The notes beneath the pieces are model-generated. The model was not told where the DNA came from. It did not search any database and saw nothing but the letters and a program-made list of their open reading frames with translations. DNA of 64,000 bases from an uncultured Acidobacteriota bacterium. Lineage in GTDB: Bacteria > Acidobacteriota > Thermoanaerobaculia > Multivoradales > SZUA-115. The stretch covers positions 288,001 through 352,000 of the forward strand of contig CAWDVR010000005.1 of assembly GCA_963805975.1 (NCBI GenBank), in the 5' to 3' direction. Both the position numbers and the translations under genes were made by a program. Shown here in pieces: positions 52,953 through 62,319 of this stretch (its first letter is position 1; every line of letters starts with the position of its first letter).

Positions 52953-54149
52953 TCAACGCGTGGCGCGCACCTTCTCCGCCACCCTCCGGTACGCCTCCCG
53001 AAACGGAACGCCCTCTTCCACCACCAGCCGGTAGGCCTCCTCGGCGGCGAAGAGGGAGGGGTCGAGCTGGGTTCGTTCGGGGTGGAAGCGGAGGCCGGGG
53101 AGGGCGTGGGCTAGGACGTCGAGGGTGGCCGTCGCGAGGTCGATGCCGCGGAAGAGCGGCGCTTTCAGGAGCTGGAGGTCACGGTGGTAGCCGGAGGGCA
53201 GCTTGGCGGTGACGGCCAGGGCCTCGACCAGGCAGGCGAGGGCCGTGGCGCCCCGGCCGCGCACCAGCTCGAAGACGTCCGGGTTCCGCTTCTGCGGCAT
53301 GATCGAGGAGCCGGTGGTCATCTCCTCGGGCAGGGTCACGAAACCCAGCTCCTGCATCGAGAAGAGCACCAGGTCCGCGGCGAGCTTCCCCAGATCCTGC
53401 ATCAGGAGCGTGATCTCGAAGAGGAGCTGCGCCTCGGCCTTGCCGCGGGAGAGCTGCACGGCGGTCACCGGCTCGTGGACCTCGGCGAAACCGAGCCGCG
53501 TGCGCGTCGCCTCGCGGTCGATCGGCAGCAGCGGCACGCCGTAGCCGGCCGCCGAGCCGAGGGGGTTCTTGTCCGCCCGGCGCGCCGCCGCCTCGAGGCC
53601 GACGGCGTCGTCCTCCAGCTCCGCGGCGAAGCCGCGCGCCCAGAGCGCCACCGAGCTCGGCATGGCGCGCTGCTGGTGGGTGTAGCCGGGCAGCAGCACC
53701 TCGCCCTGGCCCACCGCAATCCCTGCGAGCGCCGCCGCCACGGCGCGCGTACCGGCCGCGAGCCGCGGGATCGCGGCCTTCAGATACAGCCGCAGGGCGG
53801 CGAGCACCTGATCGTTGCGCGAGCGGCCGAGGTGGATGCGCCCGCCCGCCTCGCCGATCCGCGCCGTGAGCCGGTTCTCGAGCGCTGTATGCACGTCCTC
53901 GTCCGCCAGCTCGATGGCCCACTCGCCGCGCGCGTGCTCTCGGGCCAGCGCTTCGAGCCCGCCGCGGATCGCGTCGAGGTCCGCGGCCGAGAGCAGGCCC
54001 CGCTCGGAGAGCATCTCGGCGTGGGCGATCGAAGCGAGGACGTCGTAGAGCAGGAGCCGCGCGTCGAGCAGGTGGTCCTCGCCCGCGGTGTAGCGCAGGA
54101 CTTTTTCGTCGAGGCCGAGCTCGCCTTCCCTCTGCCAGAGCCGCGCCAT
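52953..54149 (-). CDS. argH: Argininosuccinate lyase (short, 398 aa)
   Basis: EDVH, HLGRSRNDQV, PGYTHQQRA, TGSSIMPQKRNPD, LPSGYHRDLQ, GVPFREAY. Confidence 0.95.
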   Translation of the reverse strand: MARLWQREGELGLDEKVLRYTAGEDHLLDARLLLYDVLASIAHAEMLSERGLLSAADLDAIRGGLEALAREHARGEWAIELADEDVHTALENRLTARIGEAGGRIHLGRSRNDQVLAALRLYLKAAIPRLAAGTRAVAAALAGIAVGQGEVLLPGYTHQQRAMPSSVALWARGFAAELEDDAVGLEAAARRADKNPLGSAAGYGVPLLPIDREATRTRLGFAEVHEPVTAVQLSRGKAEAQLLFEITLLMQDLGKLAADLVLFSMQELGFVTLPEEMTTGSSIMPQKRNPDVFELVRGRGATALACLVEALAVTAKLPSGYHRDLQLLKAPLFRGIDLATATLDVLAHALPGLRFHPERTQLDPSLFAAEEAYRLVVEEGVPFREAYRRVAEKVRATR

Positions 54150-55225
54150 CAGAGGGGCCCCTGCGAGAGCCGGAGCACCAGCTCGATGTAGAAGCGCGCG
54201 CCGTCGAGGACCTCCTCCTCGTACACGTGCTCGTCGATGGTGTGCGAGCGCTCGCTCTGTCCCGGCCCTACCTTGATCGCCGGGATGCCGCCGAGGAGCG
54301 CCCAGTCGGAGAGCGTGGCCGAGCCGTAGGTCCGGGCTGCCGGCCGCGCGGCCCTGGCGGCTTGGAAGACGGCCGAGCCCTCCGGCGTCTCCCGCGGCGC
54401 GAAGCGCTCCGAGGCGATCCGTACCTCGCCCTGGACCAGTGCCTGGAGGCGGGCGATGACCTCGTGGGGCGGCAGAGCTGGCGTGGTGCGCACGTCGAGG
54501 ATCGCCGAGGCATGCGCGGGCACCGCGTTCCGGGCCTCGCCGGCCCGCACTACCGTGGGCTCGAGGGTGGTGGCGCCGAGCCAGGGGTGGGCGGGCTCGA
54601 GGTCGAGGGCCTCGAGCGCCACCAGGTCGCGCGCCAGGCGACGGGCGGCGTTGACCGCCCCGAGCTTCGCCGCATGCGCCGCGTGGCAAGCCTCGCCCTC
54701 CGCCACCAGCTCCAGGACGAGGAGGCCCTTCTGCGCCACGGCCAGGTCGAGCCCGGTGGGCTCGCCGATCACCGCCGTGCGTGGCTCGCGGCCGGTCGCC
54801 CGCAGATGCATGAGCACGCTCTCGGTGCCCACGCTCCGCGTCTCCTCGGCCTCGACCAGCGCCAGCGCCAGAGTGAAGGGCGGCGGCTCGTCGAGAAAGG
54901 CGAGAAACGCCGCGGCCATCGCCGCCACCGAAGCCTTGGCGTCGTTCGCCCCGAGGCCGATCACCTTCCCGCCTTCGCGGCGTGGCGTGAAAGGGTCGGC
55001 CGTCCAGCCGGGCGCCGGCGGCACGGTGTCGAGGTGGGTGTCGAAGAGCACCAGCGGCCCTCGGCCCACCGTCGCGAGCAGGCTCGCGCCCAGCCGCTCG
55101 ACCCTCGCACCTCGCTCCGTGAGCCAGCTCTCCATCCAGTCGGCGATCGGCCCTTCGCCGCCGGAGACCGAGGGGATGCCGACCAGCGAGCGGTGCAGCG
55201 CCAGGATCTCCTCGTCCGGGATCAT
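54149..55225 (-). CDS. argE: M20 family N-acyl-ornithine/citrulline deacylase
   Basis: HLDTV, GLGANDAK, EE, VIGEPT, HAA, SHTIDE; position in the arg operon. Confidence 0.88.
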   Translation of the reverse strand: MIPDEEILALHRSLVGIPSVSGGEGPIADWMESWLTERGARVERLGASLLATVGRGPLVLFDTHLDTVPPAPGWTADPFTPRREGGKVIGLGANDAKASVAAMAAAFLAFLDEPPPFTLALALVEAEETRSVGTESVLMHLRATGREPRTAVIGEPTGLDLAVAQKGLLVLELVAEGEACHAAHAAKLGAVNAARRLARDLVALEALDLEPAHPWLGATTLEPTVVRAGEARNAVPAHASAILDVRTTPALPPHEVIARLQALVQGEVRIASERFAPRETPEGSAVFQAARAARPAARTYGSATLSDWALLGGIPAIKVGPGQSERSHTIDEHVYEEEVLDGARFYIELVLRLSQGPL

Positions 55226-56130
55226 CCTTCTGCCCCCGCCGAGCCGTGCGTGGACGGCGCGGCCATGTTCTCCACCACCATCGTGCCGCAGCCCTCGTTG
55301 GTGAACACCTCGACCAGCAGGCTGTCCGCACCGGCGCAGGAGACCACGTGCGCGCGCTGGACCCCGCCGCGGATGGCGGCCGCGAGCGCCTCGGCCTTGG
55401 GCAGCATGCCGCCCGACAGCGCGCCGCGGCGCTGCAGATCGGCGAGGCCGGCGAGGTCGGTGTAGGAGACGAGAGAGCCGGGGTCGTCCAGGCGCTCGAG
55501 GATGCCGGGAGCACCGGTCAGGAGGATCAGCTTCTCGGCCCCGAGGGCCACGGCGAGCGCCGCCGCCACGGTGTCGGCGTTGACGTTCAGGAGCGTGCCG
55601 TCGTCGGCCGCGGAGAGCGGGGAGACCACCGGCAGCAGGCCGGCGTCGAGCAGGGTGGTGAGCACGCGCGGCTCGACCCGGGCGATGTCGCCCACCAGGC
55701 CGAAGTCCACCACCTCGGAGCCCACCGCGACCGGCGGCCGGCGGCGGGCGCGCACCAGGCCGGCGTCGACGCCCGAGAGGCCCACGGCCGGCAGGTCGAG
55801 GCCGCGGCAGAGAGCGAGGAGCCGGGTGTTGACCGAGCCGTTCAGCACCATCGCCGCCACGTCCAGGGCCTTCTGGTCCGTCACCCGACGGCCGGCCACG
55901 ATGCGGGGCTCGGAGCCCAGGGCCCACGCCAGCTCGGTGGACTGCGGGCCGCCGCCGTGCACCAGCACGACGCGGATGCCCACGCGCCAGAGGACCTCCA
56001 CCTGCTCCAGGAGCCTCTGGGCGCGCCCTTCCTCGACGAACGCCTCGCCGCCGGCCTTGAGCACGAAGGTCTTGCCCTGGAACATGCGGAGGTAGGGCAC
56101 GGCGTGCCGCAGCCCGGCGATCTCGGTCAT
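55222..56130 (-). CDS. argB: N-acyl(acetyl)glutamate kinase
   Basis: PYLRMFQGKTFVLKAGG, VHGGGPQ, GRRVTD, NVNADT, GGMLPK; no C-terminal GNAT domain. Confidence 0.95.
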   Translation of the reverse strand: MTEIAGLRHAVPYLRMFQGKTFVLKAGGEAFVEEGRAQRLLEQVEVLWRVGIRVVLVHGGGPQSTELAWALGSEPRIVAGRRVTDQKALDVAAMVLNGSVNTRLLALCRGLDLPAVGLSGVDAGLVRARRRPPVAVGSEVVDFGLVGDIARVEPRVLTTLLDAGLLPVVSPLSAADDGTLLNVNADTVAAALAVALGAEKLILLTGAPGILERLDDPGSLVSYTDLAGLADLQRRGALSGGMLPKAEALAAAIRGGVQRAHVVSCAGADSLLVEVFTNEGCGTMVVENMAAPSTHGSAGAEG

Positions 56131-57137
56131 GGTCGAACCTCCCCCAGCAGGCGATGGAGCACGGCCATCTGCACCCAGAGCCGGTTGTGGGCCTGTCGGA
56201 CGACGGCGCTCCGCGGGCCGTCGAGCACCTCGTCGGCCACCACCACGTTGCGCCGCACGGGCAGGCAGTGCAGGAAGCGGCACTCGGGCGCGGCGCCGGC
56301 GAACCACGGCTCCGCCACGCACCAGCCGGCGAGGCCGGCCCGGAGCTCGGCCTCGCGCGCCGCGTCGCCGTAGCACTCGGCCGAGGCCCAGGACTTGGCG
56401 TAGACGACGTGCGCCCCGGCGAGCGCTTCCACGCGGGAGGAGGTCTCGGCGAGCGAGCCGCCGGAGGCCGCCGCGGCGCGGCGCGCCTTCTCCATCACCG
56501 GCGCCGGCAGGGAGTGGGACTCCGGCCGCAGCACCGTCACATCCATGCCCCGCGCCGCCGCCATGTGCACCACGGCGGCGGGCACGGCGAGCGGCAGCGG
56601 CTTGGGGTGGTGGGCCCAGGTGAGGACGAAGCGGCCGCCGCGCGCCGGGACGCCCAGATCGTCCAGCGTCTTCCAGTCGGCGAGCGCCTGGCAGGGATGG
56701 TTGGCGGCGGACTCGAGGTTGACGAGCGGCACGGGGCAGAGGTCCGCGATGGTGCCGAAGGTGCGCTCGGCGAGGTCGACCTCCAAGTCCTCGAGCCCGG
56801 CGAACGAGCGCACGCCGAGCACGTCGGCATAGCCGGCGAGCACCGGGATCGCCTCGCGCACGTGCTCGGCCGCGGCGCCGTCCATCTTCACTCCCGGGCG
56901 CGTCTCGAGCTTCCAGCTTCCCTGGCCGGGCGCGATGACGAACGACGAGCCGCCCAACCGTGCCATGGCGGACTGCATCGACGCCAGCGTGCGGAGCGAC
57001 GGGTCGAAGAACAGGAGCCCCAGCACCTTGCCGGCGAGCGCTGCGGGCTCCGGCTGCTTCTCCAATCGCGCCGCGAGCGCCAGCAGGCCTGCGATCTCTT
57101 CTCGGCCGAGGTCGGCCAGGTCGAGGAAGCTCTTCAT
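56127..57137 (-). CDS. argF: N-acylornithine carbamoyltransferase (ArgF' clade; residues point to N-succinylornithine specificity)
   Basis: SLRT, W.LE..G..MDGAAAEH, HPCQ, WAHHPKPLP, KSW, HCLPVRRNV. Confidence 0.9.
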   Translation of the reverse strand: MKSFLDLADLGREEIAGLLALAARLEKQPEPAALAGKVLGLLFFDPSLRTLASMQSAMARLGGSSFVIAPGQGSWKLETRPGVKMDGAAAEHVREAIPVLAGYADVLGVRSFAGLEDLEVDLAERTFGTIADLCPVPLVNLESAANHPCQALADWKTLDDLGVPARGGRFVLTWAHHPKPLPLAVPAAVVHMAAARGMDVTVLRPESHSLPAPVMEKARRAAAASGGSLAETSSRVEALAGAHVVYAKSWASAECYGDAAREAELRAGLAGWCVAEPWFAGAAPECRFLHCLPVRRNVVVADEVLDGPRSAVVRQAHNRLWVQMAVLHRLLGEVRP

Positions 57138-57147
57138 GCCAGGCTCC

Positions 57148-58332
<1,185 letters not shown>

Positions 58333-58351
58333 GGCGGCTCCTCGCGGGCTG

Positions 58352-59440
58352 CTACACCCAACCGAGGCCGGGCTGGGTGAGGCCGGTCGACTCGGGCAGG
58401 CCGTAGAGACGGTTCATCCACTGCACGGCGCCACCCGCCGCGCCCTTCACCAGGTTGTCGAGGGCCGAGAACGCCACCAGCGTGCCGTTCGCCACCGCCA
58501 GGCCGATGCGGCAGCGGTTGGTGCCCACCACCTCGGTGAGGCGCGGCGGCTCGGCCGAGACCGAGACGAACGGCGAGCCGGCGTAGAAGCCGGCCACCGC
58601 CGCCACGGCCTCCTCGGTGGTGAGGTGCCGGGCGGTCTGCGCCGTGAGCGTGGCGTAGATGCCGCGCGCGAACGGGCCGGACTGCGGCACGAACAGGATC
58701 TCGGCCGGCACCGTGGTCGCGGCCCGGATCAGGGCGCGCATCTCGGGCTGGTGGCGGTGGGCGAGCGGCTTGTAGGCGAAGAGGTTGGCGTGGCGCTCCG
58801 GGTGGTGGGTCGACGGACCCGGCGTGCGGCCGGAGCCGGTCGAGCCGGTGGTGGCGACCACCGTGATCCGCGGCTCGACCAGGCCGAGCGCCACGAGCGG
58901 CACGGCGGCGAGCACCACCGCGGTGGTGAAGCAGCCGGGGTGGGCGGCGTGGCGCACGTTGGCCTCTCCCAGGTGCTCGGGCAGCGCGCAGGTGAACTCG
59001 GCCAGGCGGTGGGGCGCGCCGTGCGCCTGGCCATAGACCTGCTCGAACTCCGCGGCCGAGGCGTAGCGGAAGTCGGCGGAGAGATCGACCACCGCGGCCT
59101 CGCTGCCCGCGGCCTCGGCGGCGCGGAGCAGGCGATCGACCAGCGGCGCCGAGGTGCCGTGCGGCGTGGCGGAGAACACGGCCACCCGCGGCCTCGCGGC
59201 CACCAGCTCTTCGAGCTCGGCGAGGGCGTGGAACCTGGCCTGCGGCCAAGCCGCGGCGAGGTGCGGGAAGGCCGCGGCCACGGCCTGGCCGGCCTGGCTC
59301 TCGGACACTGCCGCGACCTCGCCCAGCAGCGGATGCCCGAGGACCGGGTGCGCGGCGAGGAGACGCAGCAGCTCCCCGGCCACGTAGCCGGAGCCGCCCA
59401 GCACGATCGTCTGGACGCCGTCTGCCGCGGGCGCGGTCAC
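58352..59440 (-). CDS. argC: N-acyl-gamma-glutamyl-phosphate reductase
   Basis: GTGA overlap; GGSGYVAGEL, DLSADFR, PGCFTT, TGSTGSG, HRHQPE, DNLVKGAAG. Confidence 0.95.
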   Translation of the reverse strand: MTAPAADGVQTIVLGGSGYVAGELLRLLAAHPVLGHPLLGEVAAVSESQAGQAVAAAFPHLAAAWPQARFHALAELEELVAARPRVAVFSATPHGTSAPLVDRLLRAAEAAGSEAAVVDLSADFRYASAAEFEQVYGQAHGAPHRLAEFTCALPEHLGEANVRHAAHPGCFTTAVVLAAVPLVALGLVEPRITVVATTGSTGSGRTPGPSTHHPERHANLFAYKPLAHRHQPEMRALIRAATTVPAEILFVPQSGPFARGIYATLTAQTARHLTTEEAVAAVAGFYAGSPFVSVSAEPPRLTEVVGTNRCRIGLAVANGTLVAFSALDNLVKGAAGGAVQWMNRLYGLPESTGLTQPGLGWV

Positions 59441-60573
59441 GAAGCCAGCTCCGTGGCAGCCTTGGGCGCGACCGGGCCTTCGGCCGGGGGCGCGGCCGGC
59501 GCGGCCCGGCGCGAGGGGAAGAGGCGCGCCAGCACCCGCTCCGCCAGCTCCTCGGCGTGCGTACGTGCGTTGATCGCCGGCACGCCGGCCGTCTCCTCGA
59601 TGATCCGCGTGCCCGCCAGGTTGTCGCTCGCCGGCCCGGTCACGGCCAGGGGGCTGAGGCCGTAGCGGTCGGCGAGGAGGCGCACGCCGCCCCAGGCGGC
59701 CACCGGGTCGTTGGCCGCGAGCAGCACGGCGGAGAAGGCGGCGCGGACCTCGGGATCGGCGAGGATCGCGTCCACGCCGTAGGCGCCGAGGAGCCCGTCC
59801 CCCAGCTCCACCACGATCACGTCCGGCCCGCCGGCCGCGAGGTCGGTCAAGAGCGTGCGGGTGATGGCCGCGGCGTTGGCGGCGGTGGTCGAGACCACGC
59901 CGAGGTCGGTGAAGAGCGCCGTCTTCCGGGCGCCGGCGTCCTCCATTGCCAGCACGTCGCGGTAGAGCGAGACGCCCGTGGCCTTGAAGGCGTCCACCGT
60001 CAGGCCGGCGTGGGCGAGCCGCTGCACCAGCGCGCAGGCGGCGGCCGTCTTCCCCGAGTTCATGCACGAGCCGACGATCGCCACCACCGGCACGCTGCGC
60101 CCGTCGGGCCGAGCCAGGTTGAGGCGCGGCGCCGCGGGCAGCGGGCGCTCGCCCACGCGGGCCGGTACCCCCACCCGCTCGGCGAGGAACGGGAAGGAGA
60201 GCACCGCGCCGAGCACCTCGCACTCGAAGGGCTGCCCGAGGTCCGGGTTGATCGAGTCGCAGTGGCCCAGCACGCCGCCGGTGTTGAGCACCTGGACGCG
60301 GTCACCCGGTGCCAGGCTCGTCGGCAGGTGCCCGGAGTAGCCGAAGAGCGCGTTGCGGTGCCCCAGAGCACCGGCCAGCACGTCGCCGCGCTTCACCAGC
60401 GCCAGCCGGCCGCTCGGCAGCTCGAGCTGGTTGTAGGTGCTCTTGTCGGAGAGCACGCGGACCGCCACCACCACACCCTCCTCGCAGGGGATGCGCGCGT
60501 CCACCAGCACCTCCCGCTTCAAACGGCAGGCGCGGGTCACGGAGGCGATCTTGTCGAGCAGCACCGGCTTCAC
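59437..60573 (-). CDS. DUF1611-like P-loop protein embedded in the arg operon
   Basis: GTG start overlaps the argG stop and its stop overlaps the argC start; 378 aa; YNQLELPSGR, GALGHR, GSCMNSGKT, KATG, MEDAGA, FTDLG..ST, VVELGDGLLG. Confidence 0.85.
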   Translation of the reverse strand: MKPVLLDKIASVTRACRLKREVLVDARIPCEEGVVVAVRVLSDKSTYNQLELPSGRLALVKRGDVLAGALGHRNALFGYSGHLPTSLAPGDRVQVLNTGGVLGHCDSINPDLGQPFECEVLGAVLSFPFLAERVGVPARVGERPLPAAPRLNLARPDGRSVPVVAIVGSCMNSGKTAAACALVQRLAHAGLTVDAFKATGVSLYRDVLAMEDAGARKTALFTDLGVVSTTAANAAAITRTLLTDLAAGGPDVIVVELGDGLLGAYGVDAILADPEVRAAFSAVLLAANDPVAAWGGVRLLADRYGLSPLAVTGPASDNLAGTRIIEETAGVPAINARTHAEELAERVLARLFPSRRAAPAAPPAEGPVAPKAATELAS

Positions 60574-61799
60574 GACGGACCCTCCGCACCGGCGCGGCCC
60601 GCCTTGGACCCAGCACGAGAGTAGAGCTGGCCGGGGAGGCCCAGCAGGCGCGAGAAGCCGCGCGCGTCCTCGGCCGTCCACTCGCCGGCCGCTTCGCCGT
60701 AGGTGCCGCGCGAGGCGGCCATCAGCGAGTGCGGCGAGGAGACGCCCTCGACGAACAGGCTCCCCGGCCGCAACAGCAGGAAGACCTCGCCCGTCACCCG
60801 CGCCTGGGAGGAGGTGAGCAGCGCCTCGATGTCGCGGCAGGCGGGCTCCAAGTGCTGGCCCTCGTGCACCAGGTCTCCATAGATGGCGGCGACGCCGTCC
60901 TTCACCCGCTGCTGGCGGCCGGTCAAGGTGAGCTTCTCGAGCTCGCGGTGGGCGGTGATCAGCACCTCGGCGGCCGGCGCCTCGAAGGCGACGCGGCCCT
61001 TGGAGCCCAGGATGGTGTCCCCGAGATGGATGCCGCGGCCGATGCCGTAGGGCCCCGCCTCGGCCTCCACGCGCTCGATGAGCGCCACCGGCGAGAGCGC
61101 CTCGCCGTCCCAGGCCACGGGGACCCCCTGCTCGAAGAAGAGGATGTGGCGGGACGGCGGCAGGGGGCTCTCGAAAGCGCCGCGCGACAGCACCCAGGCC
61201 TCCTCCGGGATGGAGGCCGCGCTCCCCAGCGTCTCCCGGCCGCCGATCGTCACTCCCCAGAGGCCACGGTTGATCGAGTACGCCGAGCCCCGCTGCGGCA
61301 CGGCGAGGCCGCGCGCCTCGAGGTAGGCCACCTGCTCGGCACGCGGCTTGGGATCGTCGCGCACCGGCGCCAGGATGGTGAGCTCCGGCGCCAGCGTCGA
61401 GAGTGCCACCTCGAAGCGCACCTGGTCGTTGCCGGCCGCGGTGCAGCCGTGGGCCACGGTGGTCGAGGAAAGCTCGCGCGCGGCGCGCGCCACCTCCTGC
61501 GCCTGGATCACCCGCTCCGCGCCCACCGACAGCGGGTAGAGCTGGCCGCGCCGCACGTTGCCGGCGACGAGGTGACGGAGCACGCGGTCGAAGAACATCT
61601 GCCGCGCCTCGACGCGCAGGTGGCGGACGGCCCCCAGCGCCGCGGATTGCGCCGCGAGTCGCTCGGCGGCCTCGCCGTCGAGCCCGCCGGTGTCCACCGT
61701 CACCGTGACCACCGGCCGCCGGTGGGTCTCGGCCAGCCAGGGCACGCAGTAGGAAGTGTCCAGCCCGCCCGAGAAGGCGAGGACGATGGGCTCGGTCAT
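60570..61799 (-). CDS. argG: Argininosuccinate synthase
   Basis: LAFSGGLDTS, YPLS, HGCTAAGNDQVRFE, KGRVAFEAP. Confidence 0.96.
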   Translation of the reverse strand: MTEPIVLAFSGGLDTSYCVPWLAETHRRPVVTVTVDTGGLDGEAAERLAAQSAALGAVRHLRVEARQMFFDRVLRHLVAGNVRRGQLYPLSVGAERVIQAQEVARAARELSSTTVAHGCTAAGNDQVRFEVALSTLAPELTILAPVRDDPKPRAEQVAYLEARGLAVPQRGSAYSINRGLWGVTIGGRETLGSAASIPEEAWVLSRGAFESPLPPSRHILFFEQGVPVAWDGEALSPVALIERVEAEAGPYGIGRGIHLGDTILGSKGRVAFEAPAAEVLITAHRELEKLTLTGRQQRVKDGVAAIYGDLVHEGQHLEPACRDIEALLTSSQARVTGEVFLLLRPGSLFVEGVSSPHSLMAASRGTYGEAAGEWTAEDARGFSRLLGLPGQLYSRAGSKAGRAGAEGPS

Positions 61800-62260
61800 G
61801 GTGAGGGCTCCGGGGCCTGGGTGAGGAGCAGGCCGAAATGGTCCAGGAACCGCGCCTGGGCGCGGGCGTTGGCGGTGGCGACGAAGATCGTGTCGTCGCC
61901 GGCGATGGTGCCCGCCACCTCCGGCCAGCCGGCGCGGTCGATGGCGAGCGCCACGGTCTGCGCGGTGCCCACCGCCGTTTGCACCACCGCCAGGTGGGGC
62001 CCGGCCGGCCGCACGCGGCGCGCGAACCGCGCGGCGGAGGCGAGATCCTCGTCCGAGCCGCGCTCGCCGCCCGGGGGCAGGTAGCGGCCTCCCACCTTGC
62101 CCACCCCCAGGTAGCGGAGGTCCCGGCTGACGCTCGACTGCGTGGCCTCGATGCCGCGCTCGCCGAGCATCGCAACCAGCTCCTCCTGGCTCGTCACCCG
62201 GCGGGTGCGGAGCAGGTAGATGAGGGCTTCGCGGCGGGCTTGATGAAGGTCGGGTTCCAT
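61796..62260 (-). CDS. argR: Arginine repressor
   Basis: SQEELV..L..GIEATQSSVSRDL, GTIAGDDTIFV. Confidence 0.96.
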   Translation of the reverse strand: MEPDLHQARREALIYLLRTRRVTSQEELVAMLGERGIEATQSSVSRDLRYLGVGKVGGRYLPPGGERGSDEDLASAARFARRVRPAGPHLAVVQTAVGTAQTVALAIDRAGWPEVAGTIAGDDTIFVATANARAQARFLDHFGLLLTQAPEPSP

Positions 62261-62267
62261 GGCGCCT

Positions 62268-62314
62268 CGCGTAAGTATGCGAACAATGGTGCATGAGATT
62301 GCATTTTAAGTCAA
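62268..62314 (-). promoter_or_regulatory. arg operon sigma70 promoter overlapped by two ARG-box-like palindromes
   Basis: TTGACT-17 nt-CACCAT on the minus strand; boxes TGCAATCTCATGCA (62290-62303) and CGCATACTTACGCG (62268-62281). Confidence 0.75.
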
Positions 62315-62319
62315 GGGGC

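Noticed and set aside
59437-62175. Apparent large fusion ORFs in the arg and lpx operons (912, 853, 791 and 623 aa)
   Set aside because: The upstream parts are off-frame overlaps of the preceding genes; real starts are at ATGA/GTGA/TGATG overlaps.
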